Source: Hemiscyllium ocellatum
Taxonomy: Eukaryota
NCBI RefSeq assembly: GCF_020745735.1
Contig: NC_083435.1
Location: 13,671,201 to 13,735,200, forward strand
DNA length: 64,000 bases
Direction of reading: 5' to 3'
The position numbers and the translations under genes are program-made. The number at the start of each line of letters is the position of its first letter. Position 1 is the first letter of the stretch. The notes beneath the pieces were generated by a model. It saw only the letters and a list, made by a program, of their open reading frames with translations, made no database searches and was not told where the DNA came from. Below are positions 24,069 through 39,230 of this stretch, piece by piece.

Positions 24069-24140
24069 GCGCCGCTAGTGTAATGGTAGTCATGCAAGAT
24101 TCTCATTCTTGCGATCCGGGTTCGATTCCCCGGCGGCGCA
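24069..24140 (+). tRNA. tRNA-Gly-derived gene with anticodon CTC (Glu), copy 3; functionality uncertain
   Basis: Anticodon arm CAAGA-TTCTCAT-TCTTG, one extra G in the D loop, C50:C64 T-stem mismatch, intact acceptor stem, and a long T-run terminator. Confidence 0.8.
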
Positions 24141-27100
24141 GTGTCGGGTTTTTTTTTAAAACCAGGAAATATGGGTTCTGAAGGTCGAAAGCTGCAACTG
24201 AAGTCGCTGGTGAAACTCAGCAAACGTCAAAGTCGACATTTCGAGGACTGTGACTCTGCTTTCATCTCACAGGTGAACCAGGACCTGCCGAGTTTCGCCA
24301 GCAATTCCGGATTTTTTGAAAGACTGGGGAGTGATTTCAATCGCAGAGGCTTGTGAAAGGCAAAAGAGACCCAGCGTCAGAATAAGGTCAACACTGGAAT
24401 TCCTTGAAAAGGATCAGTATCAGAAAGGGTTCATGTCAAAGGTCAAAACATGGTGGATAGGTGCACTGTTAGGTCAAGCTAGGAAAAGAGGCAAGTCAAG
24501 GAAAAGGGTCTCTGTGTGACAACATCAAGATCAGTTTCTAGTCTTGTGCTTGTCTCCACTAACACCTCTGCAATTGAAATATTTCTCAACACCCTTCTTT
24601 TCTTGTGAGTTGCAAATAAACTAGTTGGACCTCAACAGATCTGCCGGTCATCAGGACAATATTTTACATACGCTGACTGACTTCGGGGATCAGTGAAGAA
24701 AAATAGCTTCACATAAATCCCCAGGACCTGATCAAGTGTACCCGAGAACTCTGTGAGAAACTAAGGAGGTGATTCTTTTGCTGAGATATTTGTATAATTC
24801 ATAGTCACAGGTGAGGTACCAGAAGACTGGAGATCGGCTCACGTGGTGTCACTGTTTAAGAAAGGTGGTAAGGTCAAACCAGGGAACTATAGACCAGTGA
24901 GCCTGACGTTGGTGATGGGCAAGTTGTTGGAGGAAATCCTGCGGAACAGGATGCACGTGCATTTGGATAGTTCAGGAGTATTTAGAGGTAGTCAACATGG
25001 TTTTGTGCGTGGCAAATTATGTCTCACAATTTTTTTTTGATGAAGTAACAAAGAGGATTGCTGATGGAAGGGCGGTAGGCAGGATCTATATGGACTTCAC
25101 TAAGGCTTTCGACAAGGTTCCCCACGGGAGATTGGTTAGCAAGGTTAGATCTCATGGAATACAGGGAAAACTCGCCATTTGGATACAGAACTGGCTCAAA
25201 GGGAGAAGACAGAGGGTGGTGTTGGCGGGTTGTTTTTCAGACAGGGGGCCTTTGACCAGTGGCGTGATGGGTCCACTAACTTTCATCATTTATAGAAATG
25301 ATTTGGATGTAAGCATAAGAGATATATTTTGTACGTTTGCTGATGACACCACATTGGAGGTGCAGTGGACAGCAAAGAAGGTTACCTCAGATTACAATGG
25401 GATCTTGATCAGACGGGCTAATGGACTGAGAAGTGGCAGATGCATTTTAATTTAGATAAATACAATTTGCTGCATTTTGGGAAAGCAAATCTTAGCAGGA
25501 CTTATTCACTTAATGGTAATGTTCTGGAGAGTGTTGAGAGACCTTTGAGTGCAGTTTCATAGCTTCTTGAAAGTGGAGTCGCAGATAGATAGGAGAGTGA
25601 AGAAGGCATTTAGTATGCTTTCCTTTATTGATCAGAGTATTAACTACAAGACTTGGGAGGTCATGTTGCCGCTGTAGAGAACACTGGTTCGGCCACATTT
25701 GGAACATGGTGGGCAATTCTGGTCTCCATTCTTTCGGAAAGATGTTGCGAAACTTGAACGGGTTCAGAAAAGATTTGCAAGGATGTTGCCAGGGTTGGAG
25801 GATTTGTGCTATGGGGAGGGGTTGAATATGCTAGTGTTGTTTTTTTTCTGGAGCGTCATAGACTGAGGGGTGACCTTATAGAGGCTTATAAAATCATGAG
25901 TGGCATGAATAGGATAAATAGACAAAGTCATATATACGGACTTTAGTAACGCGTTTAATGAGGTTCTGCATGGTAAACTAATGGAGAAAGTGAATTCACA
26001 TGGTTTTCAAGGGTTCTAGCTAGGTCGATAAAGAACTGGTCATGCAACAAGAGGCAGAGAGTAGTCATTGAAGGGATTTCCTCAAAATGGAGAAAGGTGA
26101 CCAATTGTGTTCTGCAGGGGTCAGTGTTGTGGCCACTGTTGTTTGTAATATATATAAATGATCTGGAAGAGGGCACTGTTGGCGTGGTCAGCAAGTTTGC
26201 AGATGACACGAAGATTGGTGGAGTAGCAGAAAGTCTAAGGGTCTGTCAAAGAATACAGGAGGATATACATAGATTGGAGAGTGGCAGATTGATTTCAATC
26301 CAGACAAATGTGAGGTGATGCATTTAGGGAAGACTAATTCAACAGAGAATTATACCTAGAGGGCATAGGTTTGTTGTGAGAAGGGAAAGATATTTTCATG
26401 CAGAGGGTGGCGCATGCATGGAATTAGCTGCCAGAGGAAGTGGTGGAGGCTAGTACAATTCCTATGAATAGGAAGGGTTTGGAAGGATATTGACGTGTGC
26501 TGGCAGATGGGACTAAATTGAGTTGGGATATCAGGTCGGCATGGACGAGTTGAACTGAAGGGTCTGTTTCCATGCTGTACATCTCTATGACTCTATGACG
26601 TCATTTAATCATGCATATTTTTAATGATATTTTGAATTGCTACTTACATTTGGCATCTGTATTGTTAATTTGTCCATTTTCTATCTTGTCACATCTGTTG
26701 TCTGTAAATATTTTACAACACATTCTTTCTTTGCCAAACGCCCCTGGCTTGTTGCTGTAGTTGTAAAGTAAGAAAACAGAAATACAACACCATATGGATA
26801 GTTTTTAATTCCACTAAATTTATAATTCATGGTAACTACTTGCATATCAAAATTGGGGAAATTGAGAATGGCAAACCTGAGCTCTCTATTTTGTAAATTA
26901 TTTTGTTGACATTGACCATAATTCGTTTGTGTATTTTAATACCAAATTGATACAGATTTAACACGGGAAATAAACGGGCCTTCTGTTTTGTACTTTCAAG
27001 GTGAATGATATGGCTCTCCTTTCATTTTATTTCATTTGAATGTGTGCATTCGGACCAGCAATAGACAATTTTAACCAACCTGCATCAACTCTGACATTTG

Positions 27101-30100
27101 ATAAGACCACAGCAAATCTGATTGTGCGCCCAACCTCACTATCCTAATTTCCATGATGCCCTTTTAAGACTCTTCACCCAGAATCTAACTCAGTCCGAAA
27201 TAATGCAATGTCACCACTGCCCGCTGGATCAGAAAAACATGCAGATTAATAGCTGTTTGATAGAATAGAATTCTTCTCAACATCATTTTGTAAATTTGAT
27301 CCCTCATGTTTCTTCTTAATATGTCCCCAAGTTTTAGAAAGGGAAACTTCTTCTCTACATCTAAATCATCAAATCCCTTAGAACCGTGTATGTTTACATC
27401 AGATTATATTACATGACTCGAAACGGCAATGAGTATATCGATAACTTGCCCAGATTTCACAGAATCTCAGAACTGTAAGCGTGTGGAGAAGTACCATTAG
27501 CTCATCATAGATGGAGTGTTTCTTTGAGCATTTGAACTTAAAGTCATACTCCTGCCTTCCCCACATACGCCTGATCACCTTTTTATTTAAACAATCATCC
27601 AGTGCCCTCTTGAATGCTCAACTGAACTTTCCTCAACTACTCAGCTTGTGAAGAATAGTTTGTTTTTTCTAACCTTGCATTTGCTTGTATCACCGAACAC
27701 TTTAAACCTATACCTTCTCAGACTCAATCAATTTCCACATGGGAACACTTTCTCACGATGAACTCTGTTCAGAACCCTCAAAGACTTATGGAGTCATGGA
27801 GTCATACAGCACAGAAACAGACCCTTTGATCATACCAGTCAATACCGAACATAAACCCAAACTAAACTAATCCCACCTTCTTGCTCATGGCCCATATCCC
27901 TCCAAACCTTTCTCATAATCCAAATGTCTTTTAAATATTGTAAATGAACTCATATCCATTACTGCCTCAGGAGCTTCATTCCACATGCAAACCATCTTCT
28001 CCACAAACAGAATTATCCGTCATGGCCTTTTTGAACTTCTCTCCTCTCACTTTAAAAACGTGCGCACAGTCTTGAATTCCCCATCCAGTGGATAAAAAGC
28101 AATTACCATCTATACCCCTCACTATTTTATAAACTTCTATAAGGTCTTCTCCCAATCTTCTACATGACTTCGAAATGTCTATGAAATCTACACTTAGCCT
28201 TTTTGACTCCAGGGAAATTAAGATCATCATCGCAAATCTTTCCACAAAATTAAGTTTCCCATTCCATTCTTCTAAACCTCCTCTGCACACTTTCCGAAGC
28301 ATTCACATCTCTCAGAATTGTACTCCAGCTGAACTCCAATCATTGTTCTGTGTATGGTCATCATATATTCCCTGTTTCTGTGCTCTATGAAGTCAAACAT
28401 GCTGCATGATTTTTAACAGCTCCCTGCCGCTATCTCCTGCCAATTTTAATGACTGTTATGCATATGCACTCAAGTTCTCTACTCCTTCGTGCTTTAGATT
28501 TTTTCAATATGTAACATTTCTCCATCTTCCTTGCACCAAAGTGTATCCCCTCACAATTCTCTGTAATGAACTTGAAGGCCCACCCAACTATCCACTCCAC
28601 CAACAGCGTACTATCCTTTCTAAATGCTCCACTGCTGTGCTCATACTTTGAAATTTTCCTGACTTTCGCGTCAACAGAAACTTTGAATTTGTCTCCTGTA
28701 CATTAAGGCCAAGAAAATTTATTTTTTCATCACACAAGCTTCTGAAGCCAGAAATAGTCGAATGAGCATCTGCTAAATTATTTCTAATGCAATTATTACC
28801 CTTTTTCAATGGACCCATTATTTTCACAACGTCATGGACTGAAGGGGAGTTGCTCTCCCATCTTTTCAGCGAGAATGCTGCTCCATGAAAACAGACATTA
28901 CGACTACGGCTCAAAGTGTAGGATTTCATTGCTAAAACATTAAAAATATTTTAATTTGGAATTGGTCACATCCTCGGAATTTTGTAACCGTTAACAGTAT
29001 GTACCAAAGCAAGCCATTACCATGGGTGCTAAAATTTGAAAATTTGCATAATGTAACAAATATCCTAGCGTTCACATAGAGGATTGTAATAATTCTCAAT
29101 TTGTCCAAATATCCGAATAATAGTTCAGGAGCTATTCGTTGTGATGGAGCTAGATAGGATAAATTTAACTCACCAATGCAGAGTGCAAAAGAAACCAGCT
29201 GCATAAAGGCAATTCGCTGGATTATCCACATCATCCATTTGCCCATAATAAAGATATGCAGTCTTTAAAAGTGTAGCCCCTAAATAAACAGTCTCAATAC
29301 ATGGGCGTGTACGGAATAATTTGTGGCCTATCTTTGTGGGCGTATAGATTTTCTGTCATTGTACTTTGCAGAGGGAAATAGCCCAACCACAAGATCTTCA
29401 AAATAGAGGTCACCAAATAAAATGCCACATTACTAGCTATTTTGGAAATTAAAAAGCAGAGGCAATATTTCAATGTAAATGAATCCTTCGTGCGGCTGTG
29501 TGATTTTGCTGTACACCAATGTTAGGTTTCAATAAATTTCAACATTGTTCGCTGTAAATGGACGGAAACTCACATGCTAGTAGCATTTAGGAGTGTTCTG
29601 ACAGTGAGTCAATAAATAAAAACAACTTACTCAGAGGTCCATTCATCGGACTCACAGTCCATAGAAACAAATGTTAAACAGAGCCCACGACAACAAAGTT
29701 GAATTCACTCCTACAGCATTCCAAAAGCAGAAGGTCAAATGCATGCATGTGAACCATTGAAAGGTGGTTTTAGTTAGATCATTAGTTTAATGCTAAGGTT
29801 AACATTGCTACCTCACAGTGCTAGAATCCCAGGTTCAATTCCAGTCTCGGGCTGTTGCCTCTGTGGAGTTTGCACGTTCTCCCGTGTCTGCGTGGATTTC
29901 CTCCCACCATACAAAGGTGTGCAGGTTATGTGGATTAGCTCTGCTCAATTGTCCATAGGGTTAGTAGCATTAGTCAGCTGTATATGTAGTGTTCGGGAAT
30001 GGGACTGGGTGTGTTTCTCTTGGGTGGGTCGGTGTGGATTTGTTGGGCCGAAGGGCCTGTTTCCAACCAGTAGGAAATCTAAACTTACCCAGTTGGTAAC

Positions 30101-33100
30101 GGTAACACTGCTGGTCACTTTAAAATGTCAAGCATGTGACAACACCATTCTACAAATAAGACACTACCCTAGATTCAAAACAAAATCTTTAACGACAGCG
30201 TCTAAATGCATGCAAACTGCTGTTGACTTTCCTGGTGATTAAATATTTAATTGTACCCGACAGCCACGGCCTTGCTCTGTTAATGTTTTTTAAAAGTCGG
30301 AGCAATTTTAGCTGACACTACCACGTGTAAACGTAAATTTGCACTGAGTGGACTGTCGTCGTTTTTCAAAAACTGCTTTTTAAACATTCTTTCACACATC
30401 CTGAGTCTCTCTGAAAAGACCATAATGCGATTCCCCTCGCAATTCACACTTGAGCTATGTGGCACTTTTGGATAAGTGCAACAACGTTTTGAGTCTCAAG
30501 GTTCAATTCGACTAGAAGGAGTAAATATGATACTTTCCTACAAGTTCTTTCTTTATTATGATATATCCATGGTAACTGAGCGTGTGATTAGCTTCAAGTG
30601 CATCTCTTTTTTAAAAATGCAGTTTACATTCCAACAGTTTTCTTGATGGGATTTGAGTGTTAGTATGGACATCTGGTTATCTGGCACAGTCACACGGTTT
30701 TTATGCCAACATCTTCTACAAGAAAAGAAATACAGAGTTTTGACATACCAACGGTGAGCAATGGCGACATGGTTGCAAGTCAAGATGTTAAGGTGTCTGT
30801 CTTGGACAGGGATGGCAGTTATTGGTGCTTGCATGCATTTTCTGCCCTTGCTGTTCTGGCCAAAGTACCCTAGTAATTCACAGCTGTGCACTTTGCAAAT
30901 AGTTTTTGTAAAACTCTGTTTCTGTGAACAACCTCCAGCTTCGAAAGTAGTACTTTTAGCATACCCTCAGGGGACACATGTCCTAACATTGACAGATATT
31001 GTTTAAAAAAACATATGCTTCATTAATGTCCATTGGGAAACATCTATGATCCTCAGATGGTCTGTCTACATATTATTGCGCACGTGTAGCAAAGCAAGCA
31101 ATGCATAACTCCTCTCGAAATGAATTGGTAATACTCTCAGGTCAAGAGCAATGAGAGAATGGCAGCGAATGCGGGCCATCCTATGGTACTCAAATCTGAC
31201 AGAAGAATAAATAACAACATGCAGTCAGTGACAAAACAAAGTAAAGTAGTGTGAATAAAAATTTATTCACACAACCAGTGGTCAAGATCTGGAAGGAACT
31301 GTCTGAGAGTTGAGGGATCTTCATTCGAATTCATTCAAACATATTGTGACTCTTGGTTTTTAAAAGAAATCGTGAGACCTGGACATCGCTGGCTACCCAG
31401 CATTTATTGCCCATCCCTAATTGCCCTTGAGAATGCGGCGGTGATCTGCCTTATTGAACCGCTACTGTCCATATACTGTAGGTAGACTCATAATACCATG
31501 AAGGAGAGAGTTCCAGGATTTTGAACAGGGACAGTGGAAGAACAATGAGATAATCCCAAGTCAGGACGGTGTGTACCTTGGAAGGGAACATCCAGATGGT
31601 GGCGTTAACATGTAGCTGCTGCATTTGTGCTTCTTGATGGAAGTGGTCATGGTATGGAAGCTACTGCTTAAAGATGTTGGGTGACTTTCTGCAGGGCATC
31701 TTGTAGCTAATACATACTGGAGCTACTGAGTGGTGAAGCATTGGTATGGATGTTAGTGAATGTTCTGCTAATCAAGAGAGACGTTTTGCCCTGAAATGTC
31801 GGTAGTGATGGAATCAGCAATGGCAATGCCGTTGAATGCCTTAGGGGTGGTGGTTCGACTGTTATTGGAGGTGATCATTGCCTGGCATTTATGTTGTGCA
31901 GTTGTTACCTGGCACTTTTTGCTCTATACTTGGATATTGAAAACAGTTTCTTGCATTTGGACATGGACTACTTGAGTCACGAATGGTCATACCATTGGTG
32001 AAGATTCCCACATCTGACCTTATAATGGAGGGAAAGTCATTGATGAAGCAATTGAAGATGGTAGGGCCTGGAATACTAACCTGAGGAACTCCAGCAAATA
32101 TGACCTAGGCTTGAGCCAATTGAACTTCAACAACTACAGTTTTGAGCAGAGTGCCGAGGAGAGAGGGTGGAGAGGAGTGAGGGCTGCCGGGAAGTTTTTA
32201 AGTGCGATCTGGTGTCTGGCATTCAACCTGGCACTGAGGCTCAGAAAGGAAGGTGGGTGGGGAAGAATAGAAAAGCACTAATGGTAGGGGACTCAATCGT
32301 TAGACGGATTGACAGGATATTTTGTGGTCAGGAACGGGACTCTCTGAAGGGATGTTGACTTCCCAGTGACAGGGTCTGGGATATCGCCGATCGGGTTTAC
32401 AGGATTCTGAAGGGGGAGGGTGAGCAGCCAAAAATCGTGGCACAGATACATCCAGAAAAGGAATTCAGGATCTGAAAATTGATTACAGAGAGCTAGGCTG
32501 GAAGGTGAAGAGTAGGACGAATAGAGTAGTGTTCTCAAGTTTGCAACTGGTGCCACGAAGCAGTGAGGGGAGGAACAGTCAGCAAGTGTAGCTTAACACG
32601 TGGTTGGGAAGCTGGTGCAGGATGGAGGGTTTCAGATACTTAGACCACTGGGATGCCTTCAGGGGAAGTTGGGGCCTATACAAGCAGGACCAGTTGCACC
32701 TGAATTGGAGGGGCACAAATGTCCTGGGTGGGAGATTTGTCTGTGTGGTTTGGGATTGTTTAAACTAGTTTGGCAAGGGGGTGGGAACCAGAGCTACTTA
32801 TCTGAGAGGGAGTAGTTGCAGATGGGGAAGTGACAGGATGTTGTGAATCTATCAGGAAGGTTTTCCATGTGATGAAACATAGGGATCATTTAAAGTGTAT
32901 CTGCTTTTACGCGAAGAGTGTCAGAAATAAGAGTGATGAACGTTGAGTACAGATCAGTACTTGGGCCTATCATGTTGTGGCCATAACGGAGACATGTGTT
33001 TCACAGTAGCAGGAATGGTTGATAGATGTTCCAGGGTTTAGAGCGTTAAAAAGAACAAGGAGCGTGGAAAAATAAGAGGGGGTGTAGCATTGCTAATCAG

Positions 33101-36100
33101 AGGGCTCATCACAGCTACAGAAACGAAGGATGTTGAGGAAGGTTTGTCTACTGAGTCAGTATGGGTGGACGTTAGGAACAGCAAGGGAGCAGCCACATGA
33201 TTGAGTTTTTTTTCTTCTAAAGAGCCCCAAATAGAAGTAAGGAGATTGAAGAACTCATAGGTCGACAGATTTTGGAGAAATGCGGATGTAGATAGGGGAA
33301 ACCATAAATGAGTTTTTTGCTTCAGTTTTCACGAAGGAAAGGGATCTTGTTGAAAATGAGCAATTTAAGGAGCTGGGTTATGAACTAGAACAGATCATGA
33401 TGATGAAGCTGAAGTGCTGAGAAGTTTGACAAACATTAGGATTAATACGTCCCCAGGCCAGACCAGATTTATCTTAGGTTGCTTCAGGAAAAGAGAATGA
33501 CGGTTGCTAAGCTGATGGCGAATATCTTTGTTCCCTCACTCTCACTGGGAGTCGTACCGGAGGATTAGAAGGAGGCGAATGTTGTTCCTCTTTTCAAGAA
33601 GGGGGAATAGGGAAATCCCCGACAGTTACAGACCAGTCAGTCTTACATCTGTGATCAGCAAGGTTTTGGAAAGAATTCGGAGGGATAGGATCTATGACTA
33701 TGTGGAAAAGCATAGAGTGATTAAATGCAGTCAGCATGGCTGCGTGAGGGGCAGGTCATGCCTAACTAATCTTATTGAGTTCGTTCAGGCAGTGACAGGA
33801 CAGGTCAATGAAGGTCATGCAGTGGATGTGGTGTATATGGACTTCAGCAAGGCTTTTGATAATGTTCCCCATGGTAGACTCATTCGAAATGTCAGGAGGT
33901 GTGGGATACAGGGAGATTTGGCTGCCTGGATTCAGAATTGGTTGGCCGACAGAAGGCAGAGAGTGGTTGTAGATAGAAAGTATTCTGCCTAAATGTCAGT
34001 AGTGAGTGGTGCTCCGCAGGGCTCTATTTTTAGATCTCTGCTGTTTGTAGGTTTTCTAAATAACTTGGATGAGGAGGTTGAGGTGTTGGTTAGTAAATTT
34101 GCCGATGATGCAAAGGTTGGAGGTGCCATTGATAGCATTGAGGGCTATTGCAGTCTGTAGCGCAAGACAGACTGGATGCAGAGCTGGGCAGAGAAATAGC
34201 AGATGGAGTTCAACCTGGATAAATGCGAAATGGTGCATTTTGGAAGGTCGAACTTGAATGCTGGATATAGGATTAAAGACAAGGTTCTTGGCAGCGTGGA
34301 GAAACTGAGGGATCTTGACGTTCAAGTGCATAGATACCGCAAAGTTGCCACCCAAGTGGACAGGGTTGTTAAGAAAGCATATGGTGTTTTGGCTTTCATT
34401 AACGGGGGATCGATTTTAAGAGCTGCAAGATTTTGCTGCAACTCTACAAGACTCTCGTGTGACCACAGTTGGAATATTGTGTTCAGTTCTGGTCCCCATA
34501 TTATAGGAAAGATACAGAATTTGGAAAGGATGTAAAGAAGGTTTACCCGGATGCTACCTGGAGTTGAGAGCTTGTCTTATGAAGAGAGGCTGCCTAAGCT
34601 CAGACTTTTCTCTCTGGAGAGAAGGAGGAAGAGACGTGACCTAATCGAGTTATCCAAGATAATGAGAGGCTTGGATAGAGTCAATAGCCAGAGACTTTTT
34701 TCCCCAGGGCAGGATTGACTCGCACGAGGGGTAATTGTTTTAAGATAATAGAAGGAAGGCACAGTGGAGATGTCAGAGATAGGTTCTTTATGCCGAGAGT
34801 TGTGGATGCCAGCGGTGATGGTTTAAGCAGAGTCATTAGGGACACTTAAGCGCCTGCTAGACATTCACATGGACAGCAGTGAATTGAGGGGGTGCATATG
34901 TTCGGTTATTTTATTTTAGACTAGGAATATCCTCAACACAACATCGTGGGACTAAGGGTCTGTTCTGCGCTGTACTTTTCTACATTCTATGTTCTATGTT
35001 CTAACCATCTACCAACCAGCGGAGAGTTTACCTCATGAGTGCCATAAATTTCAGTTTGCTCTGGCTCCTTGATCAAAGTCAAATGCGGCCATGATGTCAA
35101 CGGTTGTCACTGTCACTTGATCTCTGGGATTCATTTCTTTTCTCCATGGTTGACCCAAAGTTGTAATGAGGTCGGGAGCTGAGTGACCCTGGTGGAATTC
35201 AAACTGGGCATCGGTGAGAAGGTTGTTGCTAAGTAAGTGATCCGTGATGGCACTGTCTTCCATCTCTTTGCTAATGATTGGGAGGAGGGTGGTGGTGCAG
35301 TGAAATGACTCAGTTGGATGTGTCCTGCTTTTCGTGTACAGGATAAAATCTGGACAATTATCGACATTGTTGGGTAGAGTCAGTGTTATACCTGCACTGC
35401 TGCAGATTGGCTGGGAGAGTAACACATTCTGAGGCACAAATCATCTGTATTATTATGGAATTGCGTCGGGGTCCATAATCTTTGCAGTGCCAATGTCTCC
35501 AAATGTTTCTTGATATCCTATGGAGCAAATCTAAGTGAACACTGACATCTGCGATGCCGGTGGCCACTGGTGGAGACCCAGTTGGATTATCCAATCAGCA
35601 CATATGGCTGACGACGTTTACGATTGTTTCAGATATACCTAATGCACTGGCGTGTTGGACTTTTCTATCAATGAGAATTGAGACATATTTGAAAGCTCTT
35701 CCCCCAATGAGTTGTTCAATTCAAGACTGGATATGACAGATCTGCAGAGATTTGAAATGAAACAATGAAAGGTTAACGACAGAAAACCGGAAAGAAAAAA
35801 ATGAAACGCTCGTGCGGAGAACACGTGTGAATGCCATTGCTCGAGTGGTCTTCTTCAATTCTGCAGTTTTTGTATGATCGTAAAGCCCTTGCATTTGTAG
35901 TTCGACTACGTCAATGGATTGCAAGATCCTGCCTATGACGCCTCACCAAAATACTGCTGTGTCTGTGTATTTAGCATGTGACGTCACCAGATGGCGCTGG
36001 TGGCTTTTTTTTGGATAGAGTGATAAATATGTCGGTATTTTCTATCGAATTTTCCAGAGGCCTCATTGAATGCATCTCAAACAGGTGGAACAATAGAATT

Positions 36101-38524
36101 ATGCTTTGTGGCTTAGCGACAGGGAACCTGTCACTGTGCCGCAAGGACACAAACTCCTCGTTCTATTTTATTTGATCAATCTGTTCGTGTATGTTATTAA
36201 AGACCTCTGAAATATGCGAGATTTGAGTTCAGGCCTCGTGCCTTAGTCGTTGCACCACAAGGGCCATTATGCTCCTCACTGTAGCGTCTCCCATCCATTC
36301 ATCTTCAGCTCCTTGAACAAATACCGTGCCTCCATCATAAGGTCAGAAGTGGAGATGTTCATTCAGCATCATAGTCTAGCACTACTCATGATTCCTCAGC
36401 TACTGAGTAGACCACGCGCAAATGCAGGGCGACCTGGAAAATACCAAGGTTTGGTCCAACAAATAAAGAGGGACGCTCAGACCACACAAGGTCAAAGCAA
36501 TGACTGTCGCCAACAAGAGAGAAACGCTGCTGGACATGCAACGGCCTTGCTACTAATGAATCCCTGCTATCAACATCCGATGGATTATCATCGATCAGAA
36601 GCCAAACTAGGAGGAATAATAATCTGCTCGATTTTTGCACTCACCTAAATGTGCGTTGGTACAAACGCGTTTATCAAAGCTGGAGCGCCGAAACAAAAGA
36701 ACAAGAGAAGACTAGCAGATCACTAAAGTTTCATTGTTCTAAATTATTTCATCATTCTAAGGTCGCGTTACTTCTGCTGATTGGGGGAGAGATGAGAAGG
36801 TGAACTTCATGTGACTTTCGGATGGAGAGTTTGTGTAAGAAATGTGCAATCCTGGCATGAACATTACCTTAACTATAAAGTTGCAATCATCTTGTTTCAA
36901 CTGCTGCCGGCCTACTCAAATATTCTACAAGCTTCCATCAGTAGCCGCTTGGTTATTGTACGTCCTTCCTCCTACAGTTGGTAGCAAAACCTGCAGCTTG
37001 CAAGATCGAAACTTAACGCTCCCGTCACAAATTGTGTCAGCATTCCTCCTTGAAGTTTTGTCTCGAAGCCTACTCTAGGAAGCTCTTTGCCATCTGTCCT
37101 TTGGATAGGCATCGGTTTTGTCTCATTAATATGTTGCACATCATCATACTTTGTTTCCCTGCGTTAAATGTGGCTGTACAATGCGAAATTGTTGTGAAAT
37201 TAAACGTTTTGGTTTTGCATACATCCTTTTATGGCAAAGAAAAATCAACTGGTTACCTGGAGACTTTTTTCAACAGTTAAATTAATAATATTCAGTTAAA
37301 TGGCTTAGTAAGTGATTTAGTGTCTTTTCATTCGTCAGTCCTGCCATCACTGGAATCAATGCATTCTCAATGCATCAGCATTCCTGAGAAGGGAGGCGGT
37401 GACGTTGACGTCACCTGGACCAGTAATCTCAAGTTCAACCTTAATGCTTTAGGACCCAGGGCTATTTAAGATTTTGTTACTTTCCCGACTTCTAATAACA
37501 TTTTAAACCGGCATGTTGTCGGTTGCAGAATGGCAGAAAGGGTACAATGAAAGAACTCACGGTTGAATGGCAGCCAGGAGATTAGAAAAAAAATCGCAAA
37601 CCTAGACCATTTCGCAACCCTTGACCCTTGCAAACCACTATTGTACCGAAGAAAATATGCTCTCAGTAAATTCGGATCAACATCAAAGTTACACTGAGCC
37701 AATCTCTGTGTGGGTCATTGATTCAGGGCTAATATTTGGTCAGGACACGTGGCAAGGCCTGGTTTTCCTTCGAAATTGCGTCAACGGATAATTCACATCC
37801 GCCCCAGAAAGTTAAGTCGAGGCTGCGTTTGAGTTTTCCTCTGAAAAATAAATAAGTAATTCCGACAGCGCGGACTTTTGTCAGTACCGGCCGCTTCGAT
37901 CTTTGTGGTCTTGAATCTGGAGCCCTGGGATTTCAAGAAATGCACGCTACAACAGAGCGACAACCCACTACAAGCTTGGAACGAGCCCAGTTGCATTCAC
38001 GTCTTGCTCTCTACCCGTCTGCCTTAAATAGTTCGACACTTTTCAGAGGCACTCATTGAAATGGTGCCAAATAGGAAGATCGTCCCTAAATCAATTACGT
38101 ATCTAGATTAGGGTACTGCATGATTAGGTTTGCTTATGTGCAGCGAAAATACAAACCTGTAGTTCCCCGCAGCACTCGAACTGTCAAGAATATAATGAGC
38201 AGACCTATCAACGCCAGACCGCCGAGTAAAATTGGTGTAATGTCAGTCTTTGTTTCTACTATGACTCCTGCAATTAATAGCATGACCACATAGTTTGCGA
38301 TTCATATTGATAACGACTGACCAATTAAATGACGCTGTTTCTGTTTTCAAAAAATATATTATCAGATCAACAGAACATGATTATTTTCCAGGGTGAAGGG
38401 GGTTATGGGTCGCGTATTAAAATTTAAGCTCATTGACCAAAATAAAATTAAATACACATCGAAAGCGAAAGCCGGTCGGGAAATGGCAACTTGAAGTAAA
38501 GGGAATGGCCGCCCCATCGGGTAA

Positions 38525-38595
38525 GCGCCGCTAGTGTAATGGTATCATGCAAGATTCCCATTCTTGCGATCTGGGTTCGATTCCCGGGCGGCGCA
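38525..38595 (+). tRNA. tRNA-Gly(CCC), copy 4; intact and identical to copy 2
   Basis: Same 71-nt sequence as 13037-13107, with a T5 terminator at 38605-38609. Confidence 0.95.
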
Positions 38596-39230
38596 GTGTA
38601 GCACTTTTTAAAACCAGGAAATATGGGTTCTGAAGGTCGAAAGCTGCAACTGAAGTCGCTGGTGAAACTCAGCAAACGTCAAAGTTGACATTTCGAGGAC
38701 TGTGACTGCTTTCATCTCACAGGTGAACCAGGACCTGCCGAGTTTCGCCAGCAATTCCTGATTTTTTGGAAGACTGGGGAGTGATTTCAATCGCAGAGGC
38801 TTGTGAAAGGCAAAAGAGACCCAGCGTCAGAATAAGGTCAACACTGGAATTCCTTGAAAAGGATCAGTATCAGAAAGGGTTCATGTCAAAGGTCAAAACA
38901 TGGTGGATAGGTGCACTGTTAGGTCAAGCTAAGAAAAGAGGCAAGTCAAGGAAAAGGGTCTCTGTGTGACAACATCAAGATCAGTTTCTAGTCTTGTGCT
39001 TGTCTCCACTGATACCTCTGCAATTGAAATATTTCTCAACACCCTTCTTTTCTTGTGAGTTGCAAATAAACTAGTTGGACCTCAACAGATCTGCCGGTCA
39101 TCAGGACAATATTTTACATACGCTGACTGACTTCGGGGATCAGTGAAGAAAAAAAGCTTCACATAAATCCCCAGGACCTGATCAAGTGTACCCGAGAACT
39201 CTGTGAGAAACTAAGGAGGTGATTCCTTTG

